From NCBI GenBank assembly GCA_004764695.1, contig SMSO01000009.1, positions 1 to 64,000 of the forward strand: a stretch of DNA of 64,000 bases, in the 5' to 3' direction. Shown here piece by piece: positions 1-12,680 of the stretch. Position 1 is the first letter of the stretch, and the number at the start of each line of letters is the position of its first letter. The DNA is from Schizochytrium sp. TIO01 (lineage: Eukaryota > Protista > Bigyra: Labyrinthulomycetes). The notes under the pieces are model-generated. The model was not told where the DNA came from. It searched no databases and worked only from the letters and a program-made list of their open reading frames with translations. The position numbers and the translations under genes are program-made.

Positions 1-782
1 CATGAGAAGCAGTGCGGATCGGGGTGGTCAGCACGGCTTACTTGCCAAGGGTTGCCTCGCTCCGAGACCGCAAGCCCAGCCTCGAGCAAGCGGTGAATAA
101 GAGCGGATTCGCGTTCCTCTTTCTTTCTTCTTACTTTCTTTTTGGCCTTTGTTACTCCTTTTGCTTTCTTTCGCCTCCTTTGCGTTCACGGACCTAGTGT
201 CATACATCGCAGGTGAGCGTTGCTGTTGCCGCTCGCATCCTCCAGCGTTTCGAGGGCGGCATCCTTTGGACGGTGAACAACTATTTCTATTGATACTTTT
301 GACCGCTTCGGTGAAAGAATGAATAGAATAGGCACGTATAGAAGGGACGAAAGTAATGAATTCTCACGCCAGCAATGAGGAAGATAAAGAAGGAGGAAAA
401 GGGTAGAAGCGCGCACACACATACACGGCAGCATGGACACCACTGTGTGTTAGCATCTTGACCTTTCACACCAGTAGTGCCAGCAGCCGATAGATTGATT
501 TGATGCGAAGGAGGATGCGAAGGATGCATTCAGATTAGAAAGGATGTGTTGACAAGGATGATTGCGTAGCTTGGAAATGGATGCGTTGTTGGAATGAATT
601 TGGGAGGTGAAAATGTCGATTGACTAACTGAGAACTTGGTGTTCATGCAAAATAAATAATGTGATGGCGGGACAAACTATCTGGATAACTTTACATCTTT
701 GCAAATACTGCCACAAATAATAACAGCAGATACCGATTGAACAGAAGAAAGCAGTTTTTTATCACAAGACCAACTCTGCACA

Positions 783-1919
783 ATGGGTGCCTGTGGATCG
801 TCCATGAGCGCTGAAGAGCAGCAGGCTCTTGCAACCAACCGCGCCATCGACAAGATGAACCGTGATGACTACCACTCGGATCAGAGCAAGATTAAGTTGC
901 TCTTGCTCGGCGCTGGTGAGTCTGGCAAGTCGACCATCTTTAAGCAAATGAAGATTCTTTATGGCACTGGCTTCGGTCAGCAAAGCCCTGAAGAGCTCAC
1001 ACGCTGGGAGACTACGGTCTACAACAACATCCTCGTCAACTTCAAGACTCTTTTGGACAACATTGAGGAGTATAACGATCCTTCTCTGGAGGAGAAGGCT
1101 GAGGAAATTAAGAGCCTTTCTGTAGGCTCCACCTCTGTCATCGATGAATCCGTCGGTGAGATGCTGATTGCCATCTGGGAAGACGAGGGTGGCCAGGATG
1201 CTTGGCACCGCCGCTCTGAATTCCAAATTCAGGATTCTCTCAAGTACTACATGGACAATATGCACCGCATTATGAGCGATGATTATGTCCCCAACGAGCA
1301 GGACATCCTCCGTACTCGTGTGCGTACCTCAGGTATCGTTGAAGAGAGCTTTAAGATCGACAACGTCCTCTTTGAGTTTTTCGATGTTGGTGGCCAGCGT
1401 AACGAGCGTAAGAAGTGGATCCACGCTTTCGACAATGTCACTGCTGTGATCTTTGTTGCTGCAATCAACGAGTACGACCAACACCTCTTCGAAGACAACA
1501 CCATGAACCGCATCGATGAGGCCGTCATTCTCTTTGACGAAATCTGCAACTCTCCCTTCTTTCGTCAGACTTCCATGATTCTCTTCCTCAACAAGAAGGA
1601 CCTCTTCCGTGAGAAGCTCGCTGAGGTTCCCTTTCGTGTTGATGATGGTCCTGAACCGCGTTTCACTGATTACATGGGTCCGGCCATTGACTTTGGCGGA
1701 CCTAACTCCGAGATTGGATCGCCGGGCTATGAGGAAGTTTATGAGGCCAGCAAGCGCTACATCTTGCAGCTGTTTCTCAACCGTAACCGTGATAGAACAA
1801 AGGAGATCTACCACCATGTTACCTGCGCCACAGACACATCTAACATCTCTGTCGTGTTCAATGCCTCAAAGGACATTATCCTCCAACGTAACCTTAAGGG
1901 CTCCGGCTTCGCTGTGTAA
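783..1919 (+). CDS. Heterotrimeric G-protein alpha subunit
   Basis: 378 aa. N-terminal MGACGS myristoylation/palmitoylation motif; G1 GAGESGKST, G2 RVRTSGI, G3 DVGGQR, G4 FLNKKD, G5 TCATD. No intron in the CDS. Confidence 0.98.
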   Translation: MGACGSSMSAEEQQALATNRAIDKMNRDDYHSDQSKIKLLLLGAGESGKSTIFKQMKILYGTGFGQQSPEELTRWETTVYNNILVNFKTLLDNIEEYNDPSLEEKAEEIKSLSVGSTSVIDESVGEMLIAIWEDEGGQDAWHRRSEFQIQDSLKYYMDNMHRIMSDDYVPNEQDILRTRVRTSGIVEESFKIDNVLFEFFDVGGQRNERKKWIHAFDNVTAVIFVAAINEYDQHLFEDNTMNRIDEAVILFDEICNSPFFRQTSMILFLNKKDLFREKLAEVPFRVDDGPEPRFTDYMGPAIDFGGPNSEIGSPGYEEVYEASKRYILQLFLNRNRDRTKEIYHHVTCATDTSNISVVFNASKDIILQRNLKGSGFAV

Positions 1920-3569
1920 CTGGCTTCTCGCTATTCAACCCACATTGGTCGGCGAGTCTCTGCGATTGTGACTAAACGACTCAGGCTCTCTATTCAAGAT
2001 TCCTTTGCAAGAGAGAAAGAAAATTATACCTCAGGTAAAAATCATAGAAATTCCCTAGCGGATTTCGACAACTACGTTCCCTCCTCCGTCAAACACCAAA
2101 AACCAAAATGCAAAACCAAAAAAACATCCATTCTTAAAACAACGGGACGAAGAAGAGGACGAGGTAGAAAATGTTGAGGCGCACTTTCTGTCATTCGTCC
2201 ACCACGTACCTTAATCCCCATCACCTTTAGTCTCGCCGATGGAAGGGCTCATCGCTTCGTGCAGGAGCCCAGAGTAGTCCTTATCAATACGTGTTACACT
2301 ACGTTTGTGTCTCGTGAAAGGCGCATACTTTGTTGTTTCGTTTTGTGAAGTGAAGTGAAGTGATGCTCATTTTTTCGCGGCCGCATTAGGTTCGCCAAGG
2401 AAAATGAAGCCTCAACTCGTTCATCATTACTTTGAGAAAACACATGTGTCGTCTGCGCGTTGCTGCTAGTGTAGTAGTGTATCAGTCTGCTGGGGCCGTG
2501 TTGCAAGCAGATTTGGCATAGTAGAGTTTGTGAGTTCTATTGACGAATTCATCTACGTCGGTCATCACTGCCTCGTTTTTCTGTTGTGTAATGCTCTTGA
2601 CAATGAACTACTCAGATGCAATCTTTTCTGTCAGTTGCATCGTTCGGGTTTCCCTCATCTTTTCCTTTCTGTGCCCAGCCTCATTTATTTGTGTGTCCAT
2701 TCTCGTCTATTCTGTCTCGTTGTATAACCTTCTGCTCAAGTGCGGCACTTGTCTCACACCTTTCCATTCATTTTCCTCATTTGACACCTTTTCAAACCCG
2801 GAAATAACACAACCAACTTTTGTTCTCCTTCGTATTTTCATTTTTTTTTTGTTTTGCTCTTGCTATTTGTGTCTTACTTACCGCGTTTTCCAGCTCATGC
2901 ACTTGGTTGCAAAACGCAATAGGCGTTTTGTAATATGTCACACTCCGGATAGCTCTTGTTATAGGAACTATTCTACGTTTACTTTTGCAGCTAGTGCAAC
3001 ACCCTCTACATTCCGTCCTTACACTCTGTTTATCAAAACCCCTGAGAGATTCAAATGGTGCAGAATAACTCATATCAGTCTTAGCATGCGATGTACTGTT
3101 ATGTGATAAAACTTCAAGCATTAACAATGTGTGGACAATGGTTTTAAAATAGCTATGACGGCTGTCTATGAAAGACTGTGAGGAAAATTTTGCTCAAAAG
3201 TGAACACCTGTTAGTTGCGTGGAAACACTCGTGATATTCATTACGAGAGCGACAACCCGTTAAGTTTTGACTGATGTGATAATAAAGAATATTCAGCCAT
3301 GTCGACGAGTCATTGTATAAATATGCAAGCTTAACGATACAGAAACCTAGGTGAAAAATAGTTGCTATTGAGGTAGAATAGTTCATACACATCGATTTAG
3401 CCATACATGTACAGTTTTTAGCTTACATGGTAGCATGTTGATAGCTAAAAGCTAACCGCTAATCAACCAGAGGTTAAATAGGAAGATGAAAATTAAGGTG
3501 TTTGGAGTACAAGATCATACATAATAAAGGCGGTGTATACTTAGGCTTGTGAAGTTAGTGATCTGCTGA

Positions 3570-4150
3570 CGATGTTGATGAACACCTAAATGGGTTGGTT
3601 CATCATATTCTAATTTCGACATTTACAAGACTTGACTTGTATTACACAAAACTCAAAGGGTATGGTTAAGTTGTTTCCTTACCACTAATTTAGGTCTTCT
3701 CTTGCATGATCCCTTGAATTACGAAGTACACCTTGCTGAGATCTCCAATCGAAGGAACTAGTGGACATAACATTGCTAGAGTTCTTGGTGTCCCTTTGTA
3801 AAACACATTAGACATAAGGTTTACAATGGAGCAAGAATAGGCAGCCAGACTCATGTGGCTGCCAGAGCCAAGAACTTGAAGTGTGAATACACATTACCTA
3901 CATCCAAGAATGGTGTAACTTGAATCGATGGTTGGAGATGTTGAATTAACCTAACCCCATCGATTATCTCTAACTACTTTCAAGAATGTCATAATCTCCC
4001 TAATTACTACATGAATCCATCTGCTCTGGAATCCATTCTCCAGGACAGCAGTTCGCTAATTCATAAATCAATTTTCTTAAAGCCTTCATCAAGCCTTCTA
4101 CCTTCATCATCACAGTCAACCTCAAGCTAATAAGTATCACCTTTCAGCAC
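3570..4150 (+). pseudogene. Decayed relic of the REase(-kinase) family, likely paralogue of 41211..43475
   Basis: 3735-4150 aligns by eye with the reverse complement of 47030-47447 (shared TGCTGAGATCTCCAATCGAAGGAACTAGTGGACA). The stop-riddled translation RVLGVPL*NTLD...RMV*LES...ELT*PHRLS resembles GVMGYEVRKTLG...LVRLEI...LQFPYRLS of the intact ORF. Confidence 0.55.
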
Positions 4151-4973
4151 ACCTTCACTCTTGAGCGTCCTTAGTCTCATACCTTAGTATCTGACAATTA
4201 CATTCTTGTCTTATTCAAGTCCTTCTTCTTCTTTGGTACTTATAATAGTGTACCAAGAACTCTGGTAATGCCTCGGGCAGGCGATTGGTAATCTTAGCAT
4301 GTCTGTAATGCAAGTTATCTATACACTATTACTGTTGCCCACAAATGAGACCAAGGACTCACAAACTTTGTTTCTTTTCCTTTTCATACGTTTTCAAGCT
4401 ATTAAAAAGGCACACTCTTATGATCACCTTCCTTAGTCAGCCTCTAGCTTGGCACGTTTCGATTTTCAATATATCCACATAACTATAATTCTCAGAGCCT
4501 ACTTTACCGTAAGAACCATTGTTATAATGCGTATTCGAAAGAGAAGAAGATATAGCTAGACACATTTGATAACTTAACTATGCACAATAATCAAGTGTCT
4601 TTATGGCCTTCTTGGCATGTTAGAGATTAGAGTTTGAATTTAAAAGGTGCAATAGACTCTCAGACTTGCGAAAGTTTACTTAATCATTGAGGAGCAGCAC
4701 AATGATTGTCTATCACCAACAGTCCTTGCAGAATAGTGTTATAACTCGTGGATTTAGTCATGGACTCACAGATTAGAAGATCACTAAATTAGCAATATAA
4801 ACAAAATAGAACTTTATTGAAAGGGCCCATCTCCAGTTTCCAGTCCTAACAGTATGCCGAGATAGATAAGGATACAAGGGATTGTAATAAAGTTCTCCCA
4901 AAGCAGTAATAACAGAAAGTGAAATACTAGTAAAATGAATTGAGTTATAATCGTCACGAGAATGTCATAAGGT

Positions 4974-5681
4974 TCAGAAAATTTCAGGCTGTTTCACTTC
5001 AGCAAGTAGGATCGCGAAAACTTCCTGCGAAAAGGAATCATCAAAACATACTTCCTGACTGAGGTGAAGTGGTTCAAATCCTACTCTTGCTGTTGTACCG
5101 AAGCTGGCACTAAATTGCTCGCCGCACTTAAGCTGGTGGAGTAAATAGCCATGTGGTTGTCCTGCAGGGGAGGTTGGCTCAGCGAGTATGTTTTTAATCT
5201 TGTTGCGAATAGCTACTACGCCACGGCGACGATGAGGGTAGTTCACATTGAACCGAAACGCGATTTCTGCCCAAAATGTTCGATTCGTGAAAGGGCCATA
5301 GGATTTGCTTTTGTCACTACTGAGAAAAGGACGCTGGAAATCGCAAACCAAACATTGTAGAATGAACCGCACCTCGGCTTCTTCAAATCTTTGGTCTGAT
5401 GTTAAAAGTGTCTGAAGCATTGCCTTGATGATCTTTGGCCATTCCCGGGCCAGGCGTTGCGCGGAACACCTCAGGTCCATTTGATGAACCAGCTTGTCAA
5501 GCTCGTCGATTTTCAGATTAAGCATAAGCAAAGTTTCGAGTACAAGCACAATTGTTGCCAAGTCGTGGTCTTGGAGGGGCTCACCGCGTACAAATTTTTG
5601 AAGAAGAAATACTTCAGCAGGATGCACCACGCGCAAGTTGCACGACTTAAGGTATGCAAAAATCCAGTCCCAAGGCATCAT
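4974..5681 (-). CDS. Hypothetical protein with Myb/SANT-like (trihelix-type) DNA-binding domain
   Basis: ORF of ~235 aa from the ATG at 5681. The segment RFEEAEVRFIL...FWAEIAFRFNVNYPHRRRGVVAIRNKIKNI matches the trihelix pattern (F/W..E...L ... W.EIA...N......R.......K..N). Confidence 0.55.
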   Translation of the reverse strand: MMPWDWIFAYLKSCNLRVVHPAEVFLLQKFVRGEPLQDHDLATIVLVLETLLMLNLKIDELDKLVHQMDLRCSAQRLAREWPKIIKAMLQTLLTSDQRFEEAEVRFILQCLVCDFQRPFLSSDKSKSYGPFTNRTFWAEIAFRFNVNYPHRRRGVVAIRNKIKNILAEPTSPAGQPHGYLLHQLKCGEQFSASFGTTARVGFEPLHLSQEVCFDDSFSQEVFAILLAEVKQPEIF

Positions 5682-5978
5682 TGGTGATATCAAGGGAGAC
5701 TATTATATGATGGCGGCAAATGCGTGTATGGGATTTGCTACCTTCTTCTTGGACATCCAGCAAGAGGCGTCCATCATAATACCATATTTATATCGTTGTA
5801 TTTTTCCAGCAGAAGTCTAGAGACTCAAGGCGCGCGCAGCCAAATTTCCTACATCAAGCGTCATCTTCAAAGTCCCGTATCGCTAATTTGGGAGAGAGGT
5901 AGCCCAAAAAGTGTTCATTGAATGGAAGATTTCGTAGCTTACTAATATATATGGATTAAACCTCTAGTATCCCATCGT

Positions 5979-6059
5979 GGGGCGATGCCCGAGTGGTTAA
6001 GGGGATTGACTAGAAATCAATTAGCGTCAGCTGCGTCGGTTCGAGTCCGGCTCGCCTCG
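5979..6059 (+). tRNA. tRNA-Ser(AGA)
   Basis: Acceptor stem GGGGCGA/TCGCCTC, anticodon arm ATTGA-CTAGAAA-TCAAT, long variable arm, GTTCGA T-loop, G73, downstream T-run. Confidence 0.95.
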
Positions 6060-7193
6060 ATTAATTTTTCCTACCTTTTTTATCTTTTTAACATATGTCC
6101 AATATTTTTTAAAATTAAAAAAGAAATAGACTGAACGCTGCGGCTCTCTAGTAATGGAGATAGTCACAATCGTTAAGGTCATTCATGGCAAAGGTCTTGT
6201 TGGTGGAACGTAACATTTCTCCAGAGCTTAAGCTGTAAAGCATAATCCGTGAACTTTGGCGTGAAGTCAAAGACATCAAGCTCCGCAGACTTACCGAATT
6301 GGCTGAAGTGATCCTATCCGACCGAGTGCAGGCCGATGTATATTAACAATCACATGAAGCAATCAGCCACGAGGGGTGTGTCACATCGCAAACTCGAATC
6401 ACTGGCATTTTCTTTCTTTCTTGAAGTGCCTACTCCAAGAGGTCAAGTTGCAGATGCGTGATTAAATGTTCTTCTTAGCATTTAAGAATGCCTTTAGCTC
6501 GATGAATCAGACTAGTGAATTATAAAATCTCATGGCGATGTTTCAGATGAGGCCGCCTTCTTTTAAAAAGCTCCTTTCTTAGAATAACAATGATAGAAAG
6601 CACTTCAAATAAAAACCATGCAACTTTACAATGGTGATATAAAGTTCTCGAATGATTCCTCATTTAAAAAAGACTACGAGACATAGAAATCTGCAGCTTC
6701 AAAGTCTGTAGAGGCGAAACTAGGAATTCGATCACCTTTAGAATAATGATGGACGCAAGACGGCATTTCCTCTCAGCCATTTAGAGTGTGAACTCTATGA
6801 CACGGCCCGTGATACTACAACTGGAACTAAAAAGCAATTCTTCCCTTTTTGATGATTTAAGGATAACAAGGTACACTGATATGATCCCCAATAAGAGTGG
6901 TGTCACATCATGACATGGAAAGTGTTTAAGGTGTAGGTGCCTCAAGCTATAATGTTTCTGTTATATCAGGAGTCTAGAGTCAAGAATTTCAAGTGAAGAC
7001 GGGAGTAAAATTTGTAAAATGGTGTTTTGTTGATAAGTGTTAAAGTTCTTGAATTCTATGGTGCATGCATGGAGAAAAGGCGAGTGTACAGACGCTTTTC
7101 GGACAATGTGTATGTCAATCGATCCTTCCGAGTTAACTTTTGACGACTTCATATCTAAAGATGTACACGAGGCTCAATGATTGATGTTTGAGA

Positions 7194-9173
7194 TTAACGC
7201 TTGCCGCGGTGGAGCACGTAGAGGGAGACTCCAAACAGGATTTGGAAGAACATGCCAAACGCCCAAACAATGACAAGATCGGTGCCAACCACGGTATCCT
7301 CCATGTTGAAGAACTCGAGCACATCTTCTCCACTGGGAAACTGAGTGGAGTCAAACTTTTCGATGGGGCTGAACTCGTTATAGAAGAAGACACGAAGCTC
7401 ATAGGTGTGGAAACCAATGTAGTGAACCCAGATGAGCCAAGGGGGGATGTCATCCTTGACAATGAGAAATCCACTGCAAAGCATCATCATACCGTTGAGA
7501 CCAGCAGCAAGCGCAATACCAATGATGTAATGGGGGGAGATGGATCCAACAAAGTATACCATGGACTCAGCGGTAAGGAGAGAAACAAAGAGGGCAGCCA
7601 GAAAGACTCCAAAGCCGTTCATGCCAGCGAGGGGGACGACACAGGCAGTAGATACGAGAGCAATCATGAAAATACCAGGCCACATGCAAACATAGTGTGC
7701 AGAAGCATATGCCAGCGCAGTGTACATTCCGTTTGCACGTTCACGTACAAAGGTCGAACGCTCCTCAACGATGAAAGGGAGAACTGCTACACTCATGAAG
7801 ACCAAGAAGGCAGCTACATAAAAGAGGGAAGCCGTGCGGGAGTTGATACTAGTGGGGGTAATCTCGTCTCCGAGACCGAGGTACATGAGACCAATCATTA
7901 AGCACAAGCCAACGTACATGACGAAGCGCACCCAGTAAATGCCGGGGTTGCGAATGTTGTTGAGCATATTACGTTGGCAAAGGAATAGAAAGTCAGAGAA
8001 GAAGCCACAAGTCTTGGACGGCGCAGGGGCAACTTTGACATTCTCATACAAAGATGCCTCGGTGTTCAGCATGTTATCGATGCTGGCCTTGTTATCGATG
8101 CAAAGCTGGCTGGATCGGTAATGCTGCGAAAGATTTTCGGGATCTGCCTTGACAGAAAATCCCTTAAAGTCAGTGTTCACGATAGTAATGAGGAAGTCAG
8201 CAGGGTTGCTGTAAGCCGGACAGGCATAGCCAAGAGTGGTGAAGTAGTTCACAGCTTCAGAAGCTTTGCCAAGGTAAAGGGTGTGACCCCGACTCATGAG
8301 CATGAACTTATCAAACATGGCCCAGACTTCAGAAGAGGGCTGGTGAATAGTAGTAACGACCGTGTGGAGACGGCGAGTAAGTTGCCGCAGGAGACTAATG
8401 ACACGGTAAGAAGATGCGGCGTCAAGGCCAGATGTGGGTTCATCAAGAAGCAGAATGGCAGGGTGGCTGAGGAGCTCGATGGCGATTGAGAGACGACGCT
8501 TCTGTCCACCGGAAAGACCCTTGCGAAAGATATCACCAACCATGGTGTCGATGACATTGGAAAGACCCATTTCTTCAACACAATCGTTCACACGCTTGTC
8601 GAGCTCCTGTCGGGAGATGCTGTAACCATAGTGGAAGCGAGCTGCGAAGGTGAGGGTTTCGCGAACGGTGAACTGACCCATGAGTGTGTCTTCCTGGGCA
8701 ACGTAAGAGAGTACACGGCTGCGGTCTTGGTGGCTGAGCTTCTGTCCACCATAGAGGACTTCACCCTTCATTTTCTTGGCAGCAGTACGGCTGGAGAGAA
8801 CGTCGAGGCAAGTGGTCTTACCACTACCACTGGGGCCCATAATGGCCAGAAGCTCTCCGGGCTTTACGAGGCCACTGGTTGGCTGTACAATGATCTTGTC
8901 CTTGCGCTTCTTGGTGCCATTTTCTCTGTCGATGGCGGACACGGTGACTTGAATATCGCGCCAGATCAAGCTGTGCGGCTTACAGTTGATGGTGCCATTC
9001 TCTACGCCCTCTTCAAGTTCCTTGGGGCTAAAGTCAACACTAAGATTCTGGGGCAGGCTTGTCTGCACATTAAGATCATTGTCATCAAGGGATCCGCTTG
9101 ATCCGGAGGATCTCGAATCGGCGGGCGTCACAATTCCTGACGCGCCCTTGGACATGGACTCGTCGCCGATCAT
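7194..9173 (-). CDS. ABCG (White-type) half-size ABC transporter
   Basis: 659 aa with NBD-TMD order. Walker A GPSGSGKT, signature LSGGQKRR, Walker B LLLDEPTSGLD, TIHQP H-loop, C-terminal hydrophobic helices with the ER..F.RE motif. Confidence 0.97.
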   Translation of the reverse strand: MIGDESMSKGASGIVTPADSRSSGSSGSLDDNDLNVQTSLPQNLSVDFSPKELEEGVENGTINCKPHSLIWRDIQVTVSAIDRENGTKKRKDKIIVQPTSGLVKPGELLAIMGPSGSGKTTCLDVLSSRTAAKKMKGEVLYGGQKLSHQDRSRVLSYVAQEDTLMGQFTVRETLTFAARFHYGYSISRQELDKRVNDCVEEMGLSNVIDTMVGDIFRKGLSGGQKRRLSIAIELLSHPAILLLDEPTSGLDAASSYRVISLLRQLTRRLHTVVTTIHQPSSEVWAMFDKFMLMSRGHTLYLGKASEAVNYFTTLGYACPAYSNPADFLITIVNTDFKGFSVKADPENLSQHYRSSQLCIDNKASIDNMLNTEASLYENVKVAPAPSKTCGFFSDFLFLCQRNMLNNIRNPGIYWVRFVMYVGLCLMIGLMYLGLGDEITPTSINSRTASLFYVAAFLVFMSVAVLPFIVEERSTFVRERANGMYTALAYASAHYVCMWPGIFMIALVSTACVVPLAGMNGFGVFLAALFVSLLTAESMVYFVGSISPHYIIGIALAAGLNGMMMLCSGFLIVKDDIPPWLIWVHYIGFHTYELRVFFYNEFSPIEKFDSTQFPSGEDVLEFFNMEDTVVGTDLVIVWAFGMFFQILFGVSLYVLHRGKR

Positions 9174-12100
9174 CTTTCTTGAATTGATTGGTCGCTTTCA
9201 ACTAGCGAATTTCGGTTTTGCTGACGATGCCATTGCTGCTCCTGCCGCAAGTCAAAGTTCTTGTACCGTCTACTACTCCACTTACACAGTCCTTTACTTT
9301 CTACTTACTTGCTTGCTAGTCCTTACAATAAGAGCCAACTTTTTCTTCCTTCTCTCTCTCGCTCTCTGTTTCTCCCATCTATTAACATTTTCCTAGGACT
9401 AAAGAGTGTTTTTTGTTTTTGTTTTAAATAATTGAAAATTCTTCCTTCACAATGCACCTTCTTTTTCTTTTATGAGAGGGAAGAATTTAAAAATACCAGG
9501 TACTAAGTTCTTTCTCAACAACAATTTTAATTTAATTTCATCTTTTGTAAGAGCCGCATGCTCAGTTTCAAACAAACAACCTCCACGACTGTTTCGTTTC
9601 TCTTCATAGATGCCGACTCCCCCACAATGTTATTCTCCTCTCTTATCCTCTCTTCTCTTCTCCACCGATCGTTGCGGCTTTCAGTCGATCTCTTAACCTC
9701 CGCATCGCACAAATAAATCCATCCATCCATCCATCCATCATGCGCGCCCTGCTTTGATTGCATGTGTATTAATCAATCAATCTATCTATCATGAAGACCT
9801 TTTCAAAGCTTTGCAAAACTGTTCCTCGTCTACTCAACTGAGGAAATGAACCATAATGAATGGATGGATGAATGAGTCCATCACTCCAAAGCTGTCTTCG
9901 ACTGCTTTTCTGATTGGTCCAACCCTCATCATTCATTCATTCATTCCTTCATTCCTTCACCAACCCATCATCGCACTTCTTGAAAACAGCTTTAACTGAC
10001 TTTTGGTGCAAAGCCGAATGCACAAGAGTGACTCCGCATTGTCACCAAAACCACACGCGCTGCTTTTCTCTTCTGGCCTTTTGGAAGCGCCTTCTTTTCT
10101 CTCTAGAGTGTTCTCTAGTATACTCGTCGTTTGAAAATGTCTTGAAAGGATTTTCATATGTTATTAATTCAAACCAATAAACAAATAAATAACAAATGAA
10201 TATATAAATATATAAATAAATGAATGAATAAATGAATAAATAGTAAGGGGCGCTAACTATACCTCCTTAATTACCTACTAAACTCAAAGTCAGTTTCCGA
10301 GTCAGTAAGTTGGCCAATCAGTTAGGAGTCAATCTCTTTTCAGCCTTGGCTTTTCGAGGTAAGGAAAGAGGAGAGGGCGATGGGAATGACGCTTTTTGTT
10401 TCTTCGACTCGTTTGCTTAGCTGGTCGAGTGAATCCCTCTGCGATGAAAGGGCGAATGAATGATCGAAACCTCTTTCGGCGCGCTCCTTTTGGGTTGGGG
10501 TCTTACGTTGGTTGGCTTTGCGAAAGTAGACCTTTCGCCGTCCTGGAAGTGGTAAAAGAAGTGGGTAGAAAGAGAAAAGGAAAGAAAGTGGTATCTCGTA
10601 AGTACCTTCCTTCTTTCTCTCTCTTCAAGTCCTTCTCTTTTCTTTTCTTCTCTTTTTTTTTTTTTTTCAAGATTGCTCTATATTTGAAACAGAACTACAA
10701 TATTTATATAAAGAAGAATCACAGCAACGCGGCCTTTTTCTTCTTCTGTCTGTTTACTAATGCGAGATGGCCCTCCCAAATCACCATCTTGCATCTTACG
10801 CCTCCTTCGAGCGTGAAAAACGCGTTGGCTAACCTAGAACTACCTCTAGAGAAGGTTTTGTTCTTTTCTTTTTGAATAAATAAATGAATGACTCGGAATG
10901 AATATAATAAACAAATCATCAAATAGTCAAAATTTAAGTTTGATTAAAAGAGACAGACATCCTCGGAAGTCGATCGATCTCTTCTCTTCGATGGACTCTC
11001 TTTCTTCGATGGATGCCTTTCTTGAAAGAGAGACTCGAACGCTCTGCGCACAACCGCCGTTCTACTCCACATCAGCCGTCCGCTCTTCGGACAGACAGAC
11101 AGACAGACAGACAAGCAACCAAACAAACAGACAGACAAACAAACAAATAAACAAACAGCGTAATCCATAACATGCTGGTGGCAAAGGGTACTTCGAAGAA
11201 TGAATGATTCACCTCTCAAGACAACTCGAAGAGGTCCTTTCTTTCTTTTTTCTTTTTTTTAATTGGAGGCCAAACGAAAACAGAAAAAGCTGCTGCTACT
11301 GCTGCTTCTGCGAAAGAACGAACGAACCTCTTCGACCGAATAAGAGGGAACTCCTCTCTCGCTTTCCTCCTTTCCTGCCCCTTCCGCCTTCGAGCTCAAG
11401 CTGCTTTCAAGTGGCTGTGACGACGAATGAACAGAATAACCTGTTCATACTTTCCGCCCGGACAGCAAAGCGCAGAAGAAAAGGCGTTTTTTTCCTTTGT
11501 TTGTATTAATTTGTTGTTTGTTTATTTGTTTGTCCTTCAAAGTTTTTCAATTAAATTCATGAGTCCATCCATATATGTATGTATGGTTTCATCAAGATTA
11601 AAATTTCCTCAGTTTGTTTCTTCACCTGTTTGTTTGATTGTTTGTTTGTTTGTTTGTTCGTGCGATCGAAAGCACGAGCCGAGGCCCCGGATTGCACAAG
11701 GCCGGCTGCTTCAGGGACTGCAGCAAAGCCAGCGCTCTCTGCATTTCTGCGCTCGCGCCGCGGACCCGGAGCAGCATACAACTGTACTTTTCACGGCGTT
11801 TATCGTTCAAGCTCAATCAATCGATCAATCAATCGATCAATCAATCAATCAATCTATCGCTACCTTCTTTCAGTTAGTCTGTTCTATGAAACTTGATTGA
11901 TAAGTGGAATAGATTGATAAGATGCAATTCGCAAGTAAGTGAAGTCTGAGAGCTCGAGAAAGGCCCAGCTAAGAGGCGGCGCCTATTGCGCTTACTGTAG
12001 GCCACGAATCCGCCGAAGAATCCAAAGAACTCCTGAGCTCTCAACAACGCCATCAATGCGCTTGAGCAAAGCAAAACCAACCTGGACTTGACTTGTTTGG

Positions 12101-12610
12101 AGCCTCGCGTACTCAGTATATTCTTTATGGCTGTCTTCTGTGGCCTACTACTTCCCCCTACGCGCGTACTAAGTGCCAGAAATTACTCTTTTCCCCCTTC
12201 CTTCGTCTTATTCTAATTCTAATTTTTTATAAAATAATAATAATAGTAATAATAAAAGTAAAAACACGCCCATGATATCATAGATACTAAGAACCTATGC
12301 AGTATAGCATCAAACGCCCCTATTTCGTGCATGTATGTATATATGTATGTATCTCCTCTGTGCTTTCGTTTGTGTAGCATCGAAGACTTCGTACACATTC
12401 ATCCATTCAATTCAATTCGAAGATGTCCCTCACGCAATGGTGAGAAAGAAGGCTCGCGGCTTCCTTCCTCTCTCCTGAGCAGCCTCCCTTCCTTCCTTTT
12501 CTCCTATCTTCCTTCCTTGCGGAGCCAGGGCCGTCTTCGAAGAGGAGCGGAGAAGGCACAGGAAGAGGACTTCATTCATTCGAGGCGGTTCTTCGATTGG
12601 AGTAGTCATT

Positions 12611-12680
12611 CTTTCAAGTTATTCTATCTTTCAAGTTATTCTATCTTTCAAGTTATTCTATCTTTCAAGTTATTCTTTCA
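12611..12680. repeat. 17-bp minisatellite, ~4 copies of CTTTCAAGTTATTCTAT
   Basis: Tandem copies visible directly in the sequence. Confidence 0.9.

Noticed and set aside
213-729. Possible 5'-UTR intron of the G-alpha gene (CAG|GTGAGC donor, GACTAAC at ~622)
   Set aside because: Plausible, but the acceptor cannot be fixed without transcript data.
7188-9101. + strand ORFs overlapping the ABCG gene (also 762..1265 and 1329..1817 on - over G-alpha)
   Set aside because: Antisense shadows with no recognisable domain motifs.
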